Below, piece after piece: positions 56,861 through 64,000 of a stretch of 64,000 bases of DNA (its first letter is position 1; each line of letters starts with the position of its first letter). Source of the stretch: Acidimicrobiales bacterium. Its GTDB lineage: Bacteria; Actinomycetota; Acidimicrobiia; Acidimicrobiales; JAUTXP01. Position numbers and translations under genes: made by a program. The notes beneath the pieces were generated by a model. The model worked only from the letters and a program-made list of their open reading frames with translations, made no database searches and was not told the DNA's origin. The stretch lies in NCBI GenBank assembly GCA_035651095.1, contig DASRGI010000263.1, positions 1,080-65,079 on the forward strand, read 5' to 3'.

Positions 56861-57583
56861 ATGAACGCCACATCGCGCCTGCTGGGCGGCGCCGCCTTGA
56901 TCTCGTTGGTCACGACGGTCGTGCTCGGCCTGGGCCTGCCGCCCACCGTCGAGCAGGGCCAGTACGTGAAGTTCATCGCCATCCACCCGCCCCTGGCGTG
57001 GGCCGCCTACCTGTCCTTCGGCGTCACCGCCGTGGCCAGCATCCTCTACCTCGTCCCCCGGACCCGGCACCGCCGATGGGACCACATCGCCGGCGCGTCG
57101 GCCGAGGTGGGCGTGGTGTTCACCGCCCTCACTCTGGTCACCGGGTCCATCTGGGGCCGGCCCACGTGGGGCGTGTGGTGGGTCTGGGACGCGCGCCTCA
57201 CCCTCACCGCCTTGATGCTCTTCCTCTTTCTCGGGTACCTCGCCCTGCGGCGGGTGGCGGGCGACCCCGACACCCGGGCCCGGCGCTCGGCCGTGGCCGC
57301 CATCCTCGCCGTGCTGGTGGTGCCCATCGACCACTTCGCCGTCCAGTGGTGGCGCACGCTGCACCAGGGCCAGTCGCTCACCATGACGCCGCAGAAGAAC
57401 CTCGACGGCAACTACATCGCCGTGATGCTGCTCGGCTTCCTGGCCATGACGCTGGTGTACGCCTGGCTCACCCTGCAGCGGTACTGGGTCGAGGAACTGG
57501 AGGACGAGGTGGGCGATCAGGGCCTGCAGAACGCCCTGGCCGAACGCCGAGCGGAAGCCGGAGCGGGAGCGGGAGTCCGATGA
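56861..57583 (+). CDS. ccmC: heme exporter/heme lyase component CcmC
   Basis: ATG 56861. Tryptophan-rich motif WGRPTWGVWWVWDARL. Confidence 0.9.
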   Translation: MNATSRLLGGAALISLVTTVVLGLGLPPTVEQGQYVKFIAIHPPLAWAAYLSFGVTAVASILYLVPRTRHRRWDHIAGASAEVGVVFTALTLVTGSIWGRPTWGVWWVWDARLTLTALMLFLFLGYLALRRVAGDPDTRARRSAVAAILAVLVVPIDHFAVQWWRTLHQGQSLTMTPQKNLDGNYIAVMLLGFLAMTLVYAWLTLQRYWVEELEDEVGDQGLQNALAERRAEAGAGAGVR

Positions 57584-57684
57584 GGTACGTCGGCGCGGGA
57601 TACGGGATCAGCCTGGTGGTGATCGCCGGGTACGCGGTGCGGGTCGTGACGCGGGCTCGCTCGTTGCGACGGGGTTCGAGATGA
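57580..57684 (+). CDS. ccmD: CcmD-like small membrane protein
   Basis: 34 aa, MRYVGAGYGISLVVIAGYAVRVV..., single TM. ATGA overlaps on both sides; assigned mainly by position between ccmC and ccmE. Confidence 0.6.
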   Translation: MRYVGAGYGISLVVIAGYAVRVVTRARSLRRGSR

Positions 57685-58130
57685 CGGCTGTCCCCCCGGC
57701 GCCCTCCGCTCATCCCGGCACCAGCCGCAAGCGTTTGTACATCGCCGGCGCCGTCATCGTCGTCGCCCTGGGGTTCCTGGTCTTCAAGGGACTGGGCAAC
57801 GCCACCGTGTTCTTCCGCACGGCCGACGAGGCCGTGGCCGAGAAGGCCAAGCTGGGCACCCACCGGTTCCGCATCGAAGGCGTGGTCGTGCCCGGCACCG
57901 TGCAGCAGGCGGGCAACGACGTGAACTTCGCCATCGAGAACAACGGCGTGCGCGTGCCCGTCGTCCACGTCGGTGATCCGCCTGAACTGTTCAAGCCCAA
58001 CATCCCCGTGGTGCTCGAAGGAAAGTGGGACGGCGACCACTACGCCAGCGACCGCATCATGGTGAAGCACAGCGAGTCGTACCGGGTGAAGAACCCGCAG
58101 CGCGTCAAGGACTACCCGGTCGGCTCCTGA
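57681..58130 (+). CDS. ccmE: cytochrome c-type biogenesis heme chaperone CcmE
   Basis: 149 aa. TM anchor, FRIEGVVVPGTV, heme-binding His context IMVKHSE. Confidence 0.9.
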   Translation: MTAVPPAPSAHPGTSRKRLYIAGAVIVVALGFLVFKGLGNATVFFRTADEAVAEKAKLGTHRFRIEGVVVPGTVQQAGNDVNFAIENNGVRVPVVHVGDPPELFKPNIPVVLEGKWDGDHYASDRIMVKHSESYRVKNPQRVKDYPVGS

Positions 58131-60100
58131 TGAACGCGCTGATCGGCCAGAGCGCCGTACTCCTCGGGTTCCTCGCCGCCCTCACGGGCGTCGGTACCCT
58201 GGGCGTGGGACTGGTGCGCAACCGCCCGACCCTCCTGCGCAACGGCCGCATCCACGTGTGGCTGGTGCTGGGCGCGGCCGTCGTCGCCGCCTTCGCCATG
58301 GAGCGGGCGCTCATCACGCACGACTTCACCTTGAAGTACGTGGCCGCCAACAACAGCCGGGGCACGCCGCTCCTGTTCTGCATCACGGGCATGTGGTCGG
58401 CGCTGGAGGGCTCGATCCTGTTGTGGGCGCTGGTGCTGGCCGGCTACCTGGCCGCCGTGGCCCACCGCTTCCGCCACCGGGAGACCGACCCACTGGTGGG
58501 ATGGGCCCTGCTCACCATGTTCGTCGTGGTCGTGTTCTTCTTCGGCCTCATGCTCGGCCCCGCCAACCCCTTCCGCGAGGTGGCCGGCATCGTCCCCCGC
58601 GACGGCCCCGGCCCCAACCCCCTGCTCCAGAACCACCCGCTGGTGGCCTTCCATCCGCCCATGCTGTACCTCGGCTACGTCGGCTTCACCGTGCCCTTCG
58701 CCTTCGCCGTGGCCGCGCTCGTCACCGGTCGCGTGGGCGAGGGCTGGCTGGTCGAGACCCGGCGCTGGACACTGTTCGCGTGGGGCTTCCTCACCGTTGG
58801 CATCGTGCTCGGTGCGTGGTGGTCCTACGAGGTGCTCGGCTGGGGCGGCTACTGGGCGTGGGACCCGGTGGAGAACGCCTCGTTCCTCCCGTGGTTGACG
58901 GGCACCGCCTTCCTGCACTCGGTCATGGTCCAGGAGCGCCGGGGGATGCTCCGCGTCTGGAACCTGTCGCTCCTGCTGTCGACGTTCAGCCTGACCATCC
59001 TGGGCACGTTCCTCACCCGCTCGGGCGTGCTCGATTCCGTGCATGCGTTCACCGAGTCGCCCATCGGCCCGGCCATCCTCGCCTTCTTCGCGGTCATCGT
59101 GGCCGTTGGCGTCGTGCTCATCGGGTGGCGGGGCGACCAGCTGCGATCGCCGGGAAGCATCGATTCGCCCGTGTCGCGCGAGGGCGCCTTCCTCGCCAAC
59201 AACGTGCTGTTCGGCGCCTTCGCCTTCATCGTCCTCCTGGGCACGGTGTTCCCCCTCATCGCCGAGGCGGTGAGCGGTGACCGCCTGTCGGTGGGCGCGC
59301 CTTACTTCAACAAGATGACGATGCCGGTGGGCTTCGTGTTGCTGTTCCTGATGGCCATCGCCCCCGTGCTTCCCTGGCGCAAGGCGTCGGGCGAGCTGCT
59401 GCGCACGCGGCTGCAGTGGCCGGCGTGGGCCGCCGCCCTCACCCTCGTGCTGTGCGTCGCCTTCGGCCTGCGCGGGTTGGCGCCGCTCCTGGCCTTCGGG
59501 CTGGGCGCCTTCGCGGCCGGGGCGGCCGTGCGCCAGCTGGTGCTGGCCACCCGGCGCCAGGGCGTACACGGCCTGCTGGGCCGAGCCAACGGCGGCATGC
59601 TCGTGCACCTGGGCGTGGTCGTCATCGCCGTGGCCTTCGCCGCCAGCCACTCGTACGGGCACCGCCAGGAGTTCCGCCTGAAACCCGGTGAGTCGGCCCA
59701 CCTGGCCGGGCACCGCATCACCTACCTCGGCTCGCACGACTTCAAGGACTCCAACAAGTCGGGCATCGCCGCCGACGTGCGGGTGGACGGCGGCCGCATC
59801 TTCCGACCTGCCCTCAACCAGTTCCCCTTCGCCACCCAGGCCATCGGCACGCCGTCGGTGCGCACGGGCCCGATCGACGACGTCTACCTCACGCTGGTGG
59901 CCGCGCCCCAGAACCCGGGGGACAGCGCGGTGATCGGCGTGGTCGTGCAGCCCCTCATCGGTTGGCTGTGGGTGGGCGGCGGCATCATGGCCCTGGGCAC
60001 GCTGCTGGCGGCCGTGCCCGGCCGGCGGCGCCGGCCCACCGAGCCGGTGTCCGCCCCCGAACCGGAGGCCGAGCACACCCTGGAGCCCGCGTCGGCATGA
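58130..60100 (+). CDS. ccmF: cytochrome c heme lyase subunit CcmF
   Basis: ATG 58130 in track ORF 58025..60100. WWSYEVLGWGGYWAWDPVENASFLPWL is the WWD motif. Confidence 0.95.
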   Translation: MNALIGQSAVLLGFLAALTGVGTLGVGLVRNRPTLLRNGRIHVWLVLGAAVVAAFAMERALITHDFTLKYVAANNSRGTPLLFCITGMWSALEGSILLWALVLAGYLAAVAHRFRHRETDPLVGWALLTMFVVVVFFFGLMLGPANPFREVAGIVPRDGPGPNPLLQNHPLVAFHPPMLYLGYVGFTVPFAFAVAALVTGRVGEGWLVETRRWTLFAWGFLTVGIVLGAWWSYEVLGWGGYWAWDPVENASFLPWLTGTAFLHSVMVQERRGMLRVWNLSLLLSTFSLTILGTFLTRSGVLDSVHAFTESPIGPAILAFFAVIVAVGVVLIGWRGDQLRSPGSIDSPVSREGAFLANNVLFGAFAFIVLLGTVFPLIAEAVSGDRLSVGAPYFNKMTMPVGFVLLFLMAIAPVLPWRKASGELLRTRLQWPAWAAALTLVLCVAFGLRGLAPLLAFGLGAFAAGAAVRQLVLATRRQGVHGLLGRANGGMLVHLGVVVIAVAFAASHSYGHRQEFRLKPGESAHLAGHRITYLGSHDFKDSNKSGIAADVRVDGGRIFRPALNQFPFATQAIGTPSVRTGPIDDVYLTLVAAPQNPGDSAVIGVVVQPLIGWLWVGGGIMALGTLLAAVPGRRRRPTEPVSAPEPEAEHTLEPASA

Positions 60101-60678
60101 CGGCTGTCGAAGAAGCGGCGCCGGCGCCGGCGCGCGGTCGCGGGCGCACGGCCCTCATCGCCGCTGGGATCGTCGGGCTGGTGGTCGCTCTGTTCGTGGG
60201 CGTCCTGGCCACCCGTAAGCCTGCCGACCAGCGCATCGCCCCGTCCACGCTGCAGGGTCGCCCCGCGCCGGACACGGCCGGCCCCGACCTCAACGGCACC
60301 CAGGTGCAGCTGTCGCAGTTCAAGGGCCAGTACGTGCTCGTCAACTTCTTCGCCACCTGGTGCATCCCGTGCGTGGACGAGCAGCCCGAGCTGGTCCGCT
60401 TCCAGCAGCGCCATGGCGCCGCCGGCGACGCCACCATCGTGTCGATCATCTACCAGGACCGGCTGTCCGACGTGCGCCAATTCTTCAAGGAGCGGGGCGG
60501 GGGCTGGCCGGTGATCCAGAACGAGGGGTCGAAGGTGGACTGGGGCGTGCGAGGCGTGCCCGAGTCGTTCCTGGTCGATCCCGACGGCGTGGTGCTCACC
60601 CGCATCGTGGGCGGGGTGCGGGACGCGTCGCTGGAGCAACTGCTGGCCCAGGCCAAGCAGTTCCGCCAAGGATCGTGA
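60097..60678 (+). CDS. ccmG: thiol:disulfide oxidoreductase CcmG/TlpA family
   Basis: ATG 60097 (ATGA overlap). TM anchor, thioredoxin motif FFATWCIPC, GVPESFLVDPDG. Confidence 0.85.
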   Translation: MTAVEEAAPAPARGRGRTALIAAGIVGLVVALFVGVLATRKPADQRIAPSTLQGRPAPDTAGPDLNGTQVQLSQFKGQYVLVNFFATWCIPCVDEQPELVRFQQRHGAAGDATIVSIIYQDRLSDVRQFFKERGGGWPVIQNEGSKVDWGVRGVPESFLVDPDGVVLTRIVGGVRDASLEQLLAQAKQFRQGS

Positions 60679-60682
60679 CGAC

Positions 60683-61867
60683 GTGAGACGCGCCCTTCCG
60701 GCGCTGGCGCTGGCCGCCGTGCTCGTGTTGGCCCTGGCCGTCGGCTCGACGCACAGCGGCAAGCCGCCCACGGTGACGCAGCGCGTGCACCACATCGCCA
60801 AGGAGGTGCGCTGCCCAACGTGCCAGGGCCTGTCGGCCGACGAGTCCGACGCACCGGCGTCGGAGGCCATCCGCAACGTCATCCGGGACAAGGTGCAGGC
60901 GGGCCAGACGGACGGCCAGATCCGCGCCTTCCTCGTGGACCGCTACGGGCGCGACATCCTGCTCAAGCCCGAGGCCAAGGGCGTGGGTCTCATTGCCTGG
61001 GGCCTGCCCGTGGTCGGCGGCGTGGGCGCCCTGGCCGGGTTGGTGTTCGCCTTCCGGAGGTGGCGCAAGCGGCCCACCCGCCGGGTGACCGACGAGGAGC
61101 GGGCCCTGGTGGCCGCAGCCGAGCCATCGACCGAGGAGCTGGCGTTCCTCAAGGCCTCGCTCACCGACCTGGACCGGGAGCGGGCCGCGGGCGACATCGA
61201 CGAGCACGACTACGCCGAGCTGCAGGACGACTACACGGCCCGGGCCGTGGCCCTGCTGCAACCGCCTGCTCCGGCCCCGGGGCCCATCCGAACCACCCGG
61301 CGAGCCCCCCAACGGCCCCAGCGGCGGTGGCTGAAGCCGGCGGCGTGGACGGTGCTGGTCGCCGGCCTGGCCACGGTGGCCGGGTTGCTGGTCGCCCACA
61401 CGGCGGGGGAGCGGGTGCCGGGCCAGGCCGCGGCCGGCAGCATCACCTCCACCGGCCCCTCCGACCAGCTGGCCCAGGCACGGGTCCTGGTGGGCCAGCG
61501 CAAGGTGCTGGACGCCATCAAGCTGTACGACAAGGTCATCGCCGAGGACCCCAAGAACGCCGAGGCCCTGGCCTACCGGGGCTGGCTGGTGCGGCTCACG
61601 GGCAAGGCCAGCAACGACACGACGCTGATCGATCGGGGCCTCGAGTACGTGAACCGGGCAGTTGCCGCGGATCCGTCCTATCCGGACGCTCACTTCTTCA
61701 AGGGCGAGATCCTGCTGCGGGACAAGCAGGACGCGCTCGGTGCCATCCCCGAGTTCCGCGCCTTTTTGGCCAGCAATGCTCCCCAGGACATGGCAACGCT
61801 GGTGCAGGGCGAGCTCCAGGCCGCGCTCCAAGCTGCCGGCCAGGCCCCGCCGACCACCCAACCCTGA
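60683..61867 (+). CDS. ccmH: CcmH with C-terminal TPR (CcmI-like) domain
   Basis: 394 aa. Motifs VRCPTCQGLS and DSDAP-like ESDAPASEAIR, a TM, and TPR-like NAEALAYRGWL. Confidence 0.85.
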   Translation: MRRALPALALAAVLVLALAVGSTHSGKPPTVTQRVHHIAKEVRCPTCQGLSADESDAPASEAIRNVIRDKVQAGQTDGQIRAFLVDRYGRDILLKPEAKGVGLIAWGLPVVGGVGALAGLVFAFRRWRKRPTRRVTDEERALVAAAEPSTEELAFLKASLTDLDRERAAGDIDEHDYAELQDDYTARAVALLQPPAPAPGPIRTTRRAPQRPQRRWLKPAAWTVLVAGLATVAGLLVAHTAGERVPGQAAAGSITSTGPSDQLAQARVLVGQRKVLDAIKLYDKVIAEDPKNAEALAYRGWLVRLTGKASNDTTLIDRGLEYVNRAVAADPSYPDAHFFKGEILLRDKQDALGAIPEFRAFLASNAPQDMATLVQGELQAALQAAGQAPPTTQP

Positions 61868-61878
61868 CCCACTTTGCC

Positions 61879-61927
61879 GTTCTCGTTGCGTTTTCGTCCG
61901 GTGTTCGAGCGCTGACGCAACGAGAAC
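61879..61927. repeat. variant palindromic repeat with compensatory arm substitutions (13-bp perfect arms)
   Basis: gttctcgttgcgt (61879-61891) and acgcaacgagaac (61915-61927). The canonical arms are gttctcgtaacgc and gcgttacgagaac. Confidence 0.8.
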
Positions 61928-62051
61928 CGTCGGGGGAGGGCGGCGCCAAAGGTTTCTCAAAGGCGGATCGGGCAACCTTTTGAAAAGCGAGGGCCCTGGG
62001 TCCGTTTCTCAAAAGGTTTTCAAAAGGTCGGGGTGCGATGGTGTCCAGGCA

Positions 62052-62504
62052 ATGCCGTGGACGTGCCCCCGCTTGGTCCGCGTGGTGCCGGTCGCGGTCG
62101 CCCTCGTGGCGATCGGTGGCTGTCGCTCCGCCTCTCCCGCCACCGGTACGAGCGCGACGCCCGTGATCCCGGTCATCCTGCACGACTTCACGGTCGACAT
62201 CGGGCAGCCGTCCACCACCAGCCGTGACGTCGTCATCCGGCTCACCAACCACGGGCCCACCACGCACGAGCTGAACGTCGTGCGCACCGACCACCCGGCC
62301 AATGCCTTGCCCCTGCGAGCCGACGGCCTGACGGTGGACGACGCGTCGCCCGCCATCCACCACGTGGCCGAGGCCGAGGGCCTCGACATCGGCGACCACC
62401 GGACCCTGCGGCTCCACCTGACGCCGGGCCGCTACGTCTTCTACTGCAACATGGAGGGCCACTACCCGGGCCGCATGTTCACGTCGTTCGAGGTGCAGGC
62501 GTGA
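62052..62504 (+). CDS. cupredoxin-like (type 1 copper) lipoprotein
   Basis: ATG 62052 in track ORF 61662..62504. Lipobox VAIGGC. Copper ligand pattern HE...YVFYCNMEGHYPGRM. Confidence 0.8.
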   Translation: MPWTCPRLVRVVPVAVALVAIGGCRSASPATGTSATPVIPVILHDFTVDIGQPSTTSRDVVIRLTNHGPTTHELNVVRTDHPANALPLRADGLTVDDASPAIHHVAEAEGLDIGDHRTLRLHLTPGRYVFYCNMEGHYPGRMFTSFEVQA

Positions 62505-64000
62505 CCCGGGCCCGGCGCCGCGCCAACCAGGTGCTGCAGCCCCGGAGGGCGCAGCTGTCGGCGGCCGTGTTCCTCGTGATCCTGGCCGGCGTGCTGTCGT
62601 ACAACGTGTTCGCCACCCAGCGGGAGCGGGCCAACACCGTGGCCGTCAACGTGGCCGCTCGCCAGCAGGTGCGGGTCGAGGAGTACGCCAACGCCGTGGT
62701 GCTGCGCCTGGACGGGCTCCCCGCCGATCCCGCCCTCTCGGCCCAGCGCCTGACCAACACGGCCAACGCCCTGCTCGACGGGGGCGACGTCCTCGCCGTC
62801 CAGGGCAACGACAAGCTCATCTCCATCCACCCCCGCCTGTCGTGGCGGGCCCGGCGCAAGCTCGAGCAGGTGCGCAACCTCACCCGCCAGCTCGTGGCGA
62901 CCGGCGACGGCGTGCTGGCCAGCGGCGCGCGCAACGCCGTCGACCACCCGGCCGAGCTGCGCGAGCTGCAGATCCTCGTGGCCCAGCTGAGCAGCGTCAC
63001 TCGCGACGCGGTGGGCGAGATGACCAAGGATGCCGAGGATTCGCTCCTCCATCTGGCCAAGCTCGAAGCCCTGCTCGGCCTCCTCGCCCTGGGTGCCGCC
63101 GTGGCCCTGGGCATGCAGGTTCGCAAGGGGGAACGGGACCGCTCGGCCGCCCGCTTCCGTTCCCTCGTCCACCACTCGTCCGACCTCATCACCGTGACCA
63201 CGGGGGATGACGTGGTGCTGTACCAGAGCCCGTCGGTGGAACGAATGTTGGGGCATCGACCCAGCGACGTCGTGGCCCGGCCGGTGAGCACGTTGGTGCA
63301 CCCGCAGGACATCGCCTTGGTGCGGAAGGCGTTGCATGCCCTGCGGGACCGGCCGGGTCAGGCGGTTACCTTCGAATGCCGCCTGGCCCACGTCGACGGC
63401 TCGTGGGTGCAGATGGAGACCACGGTGAGCAACCTCATCGACGACCCCTTCATCGAGGGCTTCGTCTGGAACACCCGGGACATCACCGAGCGCAAGGCCC
63501 TGGAGGTCGAGCTCATCGACCAGGCCTTCCACGACTCGCTCACCGGCTTGGCCAACCGGGCCCTGTTCCAGGACCGCCTGGAGCACGCGGTGAGCCGGGC
63601 CCGCCGTGACGGCCGCCCGCTGGCGGTGCTGTTCCTCGACCTCGACGGCTTCAAGACGGTGAACGACAGCCTGGGCCACGTGGCCGGCGACATGCTGCTG
63701 TGCGAGGCGGCCGACCGCTTGCGGAGCTGCGTGCGACCGGGCGACACCGTGGCCCGCTTCGGCGGCGACGAGTTCGCCGTCCTCCTGGACGAGTGGGGCG
63801 ACGATGCCCTCGCCATCGAAGTGGCCGAGCGGGCGTTGGAGCAGATCCGGGAGCCGTTCCGGGTGCTGGGCCAGGACGTGTTCGTGGACAGCAGCATCGG
63901 CATCGCCTTCACCTCGCTCTATGCCGACGGCGCCGACGAGCTGCTGCGCAACGCCGACCTGGCCATGTACGCGGCCAAGGGCGCGGGCAAGGGCCGGTTC
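62501..64000 (+). CDS. membrane sensor with PAS and GGDEF domains, 3' end beyond the window
   Basis: Hand translation from GTG 62501 (GTGA overlap) stays open to 64000; it is absent from the track because no stop is reached. TM AAVFLVILAGVLSY, PAS FRSLVHHSSDLITV, GGDEF HDSLTGLANR...RFGGDEFAVLL. Confidence 0.85.
   Translation, partial: MTRARRRANQVLQPRRAQLSAAVFLVILAGVLSYNVFATQRERANTVAVNVAARQQVRVEEYANAVVLRLDGLPADPALSAQRLTNTANALLDGGDVLAVQGNDKLISIHPRLSWRARRKLEQVRNLTRQLVATGDGVLASGARNAVDHPAELRELQILVAQLSSVTRDAVGEMTKDAEDSLLHLAKLEALLGLLALGAAVALGMQVRKGERDRSAARFRSLVHHSSDLITVTTGDDVVLYQSPSVERMLGHRPSDVVARPVSTLVHPQDIALVRKALHALRDRPGQAVTFECRLAHVDGSWVQMETTVSNLIDDPFIEGFVWNTRDITERKALEVELIDQAFHDSLTGLANRALFQDRLEHAVSRARRDGRPLAVLFLDLDGFKTVNDSLGHVAGDMLLCEAADRLRSCVRPGDTVARFGGDEFAVLLDEWGDDALAIEVAERALEQIREPFRVLGQDVFVDSSIGIAFTSLYADGADELLRNADLAMYAAKGAGKGRF

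Overview
High-GC chromosomal segment that looks actinobacterial. The inference rests on a mycothiol/DinB-type enzyme, a class E sortase, many 4-nt GTGA/ATGA start-stop overlaps and very short divergent intergenic regions. GC was only spot-counted on a few 60-nt lines, giving about 70-80%. I support about 60 protein genes.

Gene content, left to right:
- Housekeeping genes: msrB, valS, cysS, a cold-shock protein, gmd.
- A co-oriented array of valS, an RsbW-like kinase, a 1047-aa DUF4118-GAF-GAF-PP2C-HATPase protein and a GNAT.
- Two tandem ECF sigma factors, each fused in one ORF to a zf-HC2 anti-sigma domain and a membrane anchor.
- An ANTAR / CheB (frameshifted) / CheR-PAS cluster.
- Acyl-CoA metabolism genes.
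- A complete System I cytochrome c maturation operon (ccmABCDEFGH) next to ccdA and a sortase.
- A cupredoxin lipoprotein start-stop-overlapped with a PAS-GGDEF sensor that runs off the window end.

Positions about 19.6-35.3 kb are clearly lower in GC (spot counts 52-58%). I found no integrase or transposase there. This region holds:
- Secreted proteins of unknown function.
- A 902-aa anchored protein whose stop overlaps the start of an amino-acid-type ABC importer, whose two permeases and one ATPase are fused in one ORF.
- A tRNA-Thr(UGU)-like gene whose cloverleaf is intact except for a 152-nt structured insertion in the D loop.
- Directly upstream on the same strand, an operon encoding an arginyl-tRNA-synthetase-like protein fused to an inositol-monophosphatase-family domain, plus a TrpB-like PLP enzyme.

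The last two items are the most unusual content of the window.

Other observations: a family of about 50-bp palindromic intergenic repeats (5 copies, one with compensatory arm changes) and a shared GTTAC-N6-GTAAC operator-like palindrome at two promoters.

All coordinates and translations were derived by hand from the sequence and ORF track. No searches or folding programs were run.
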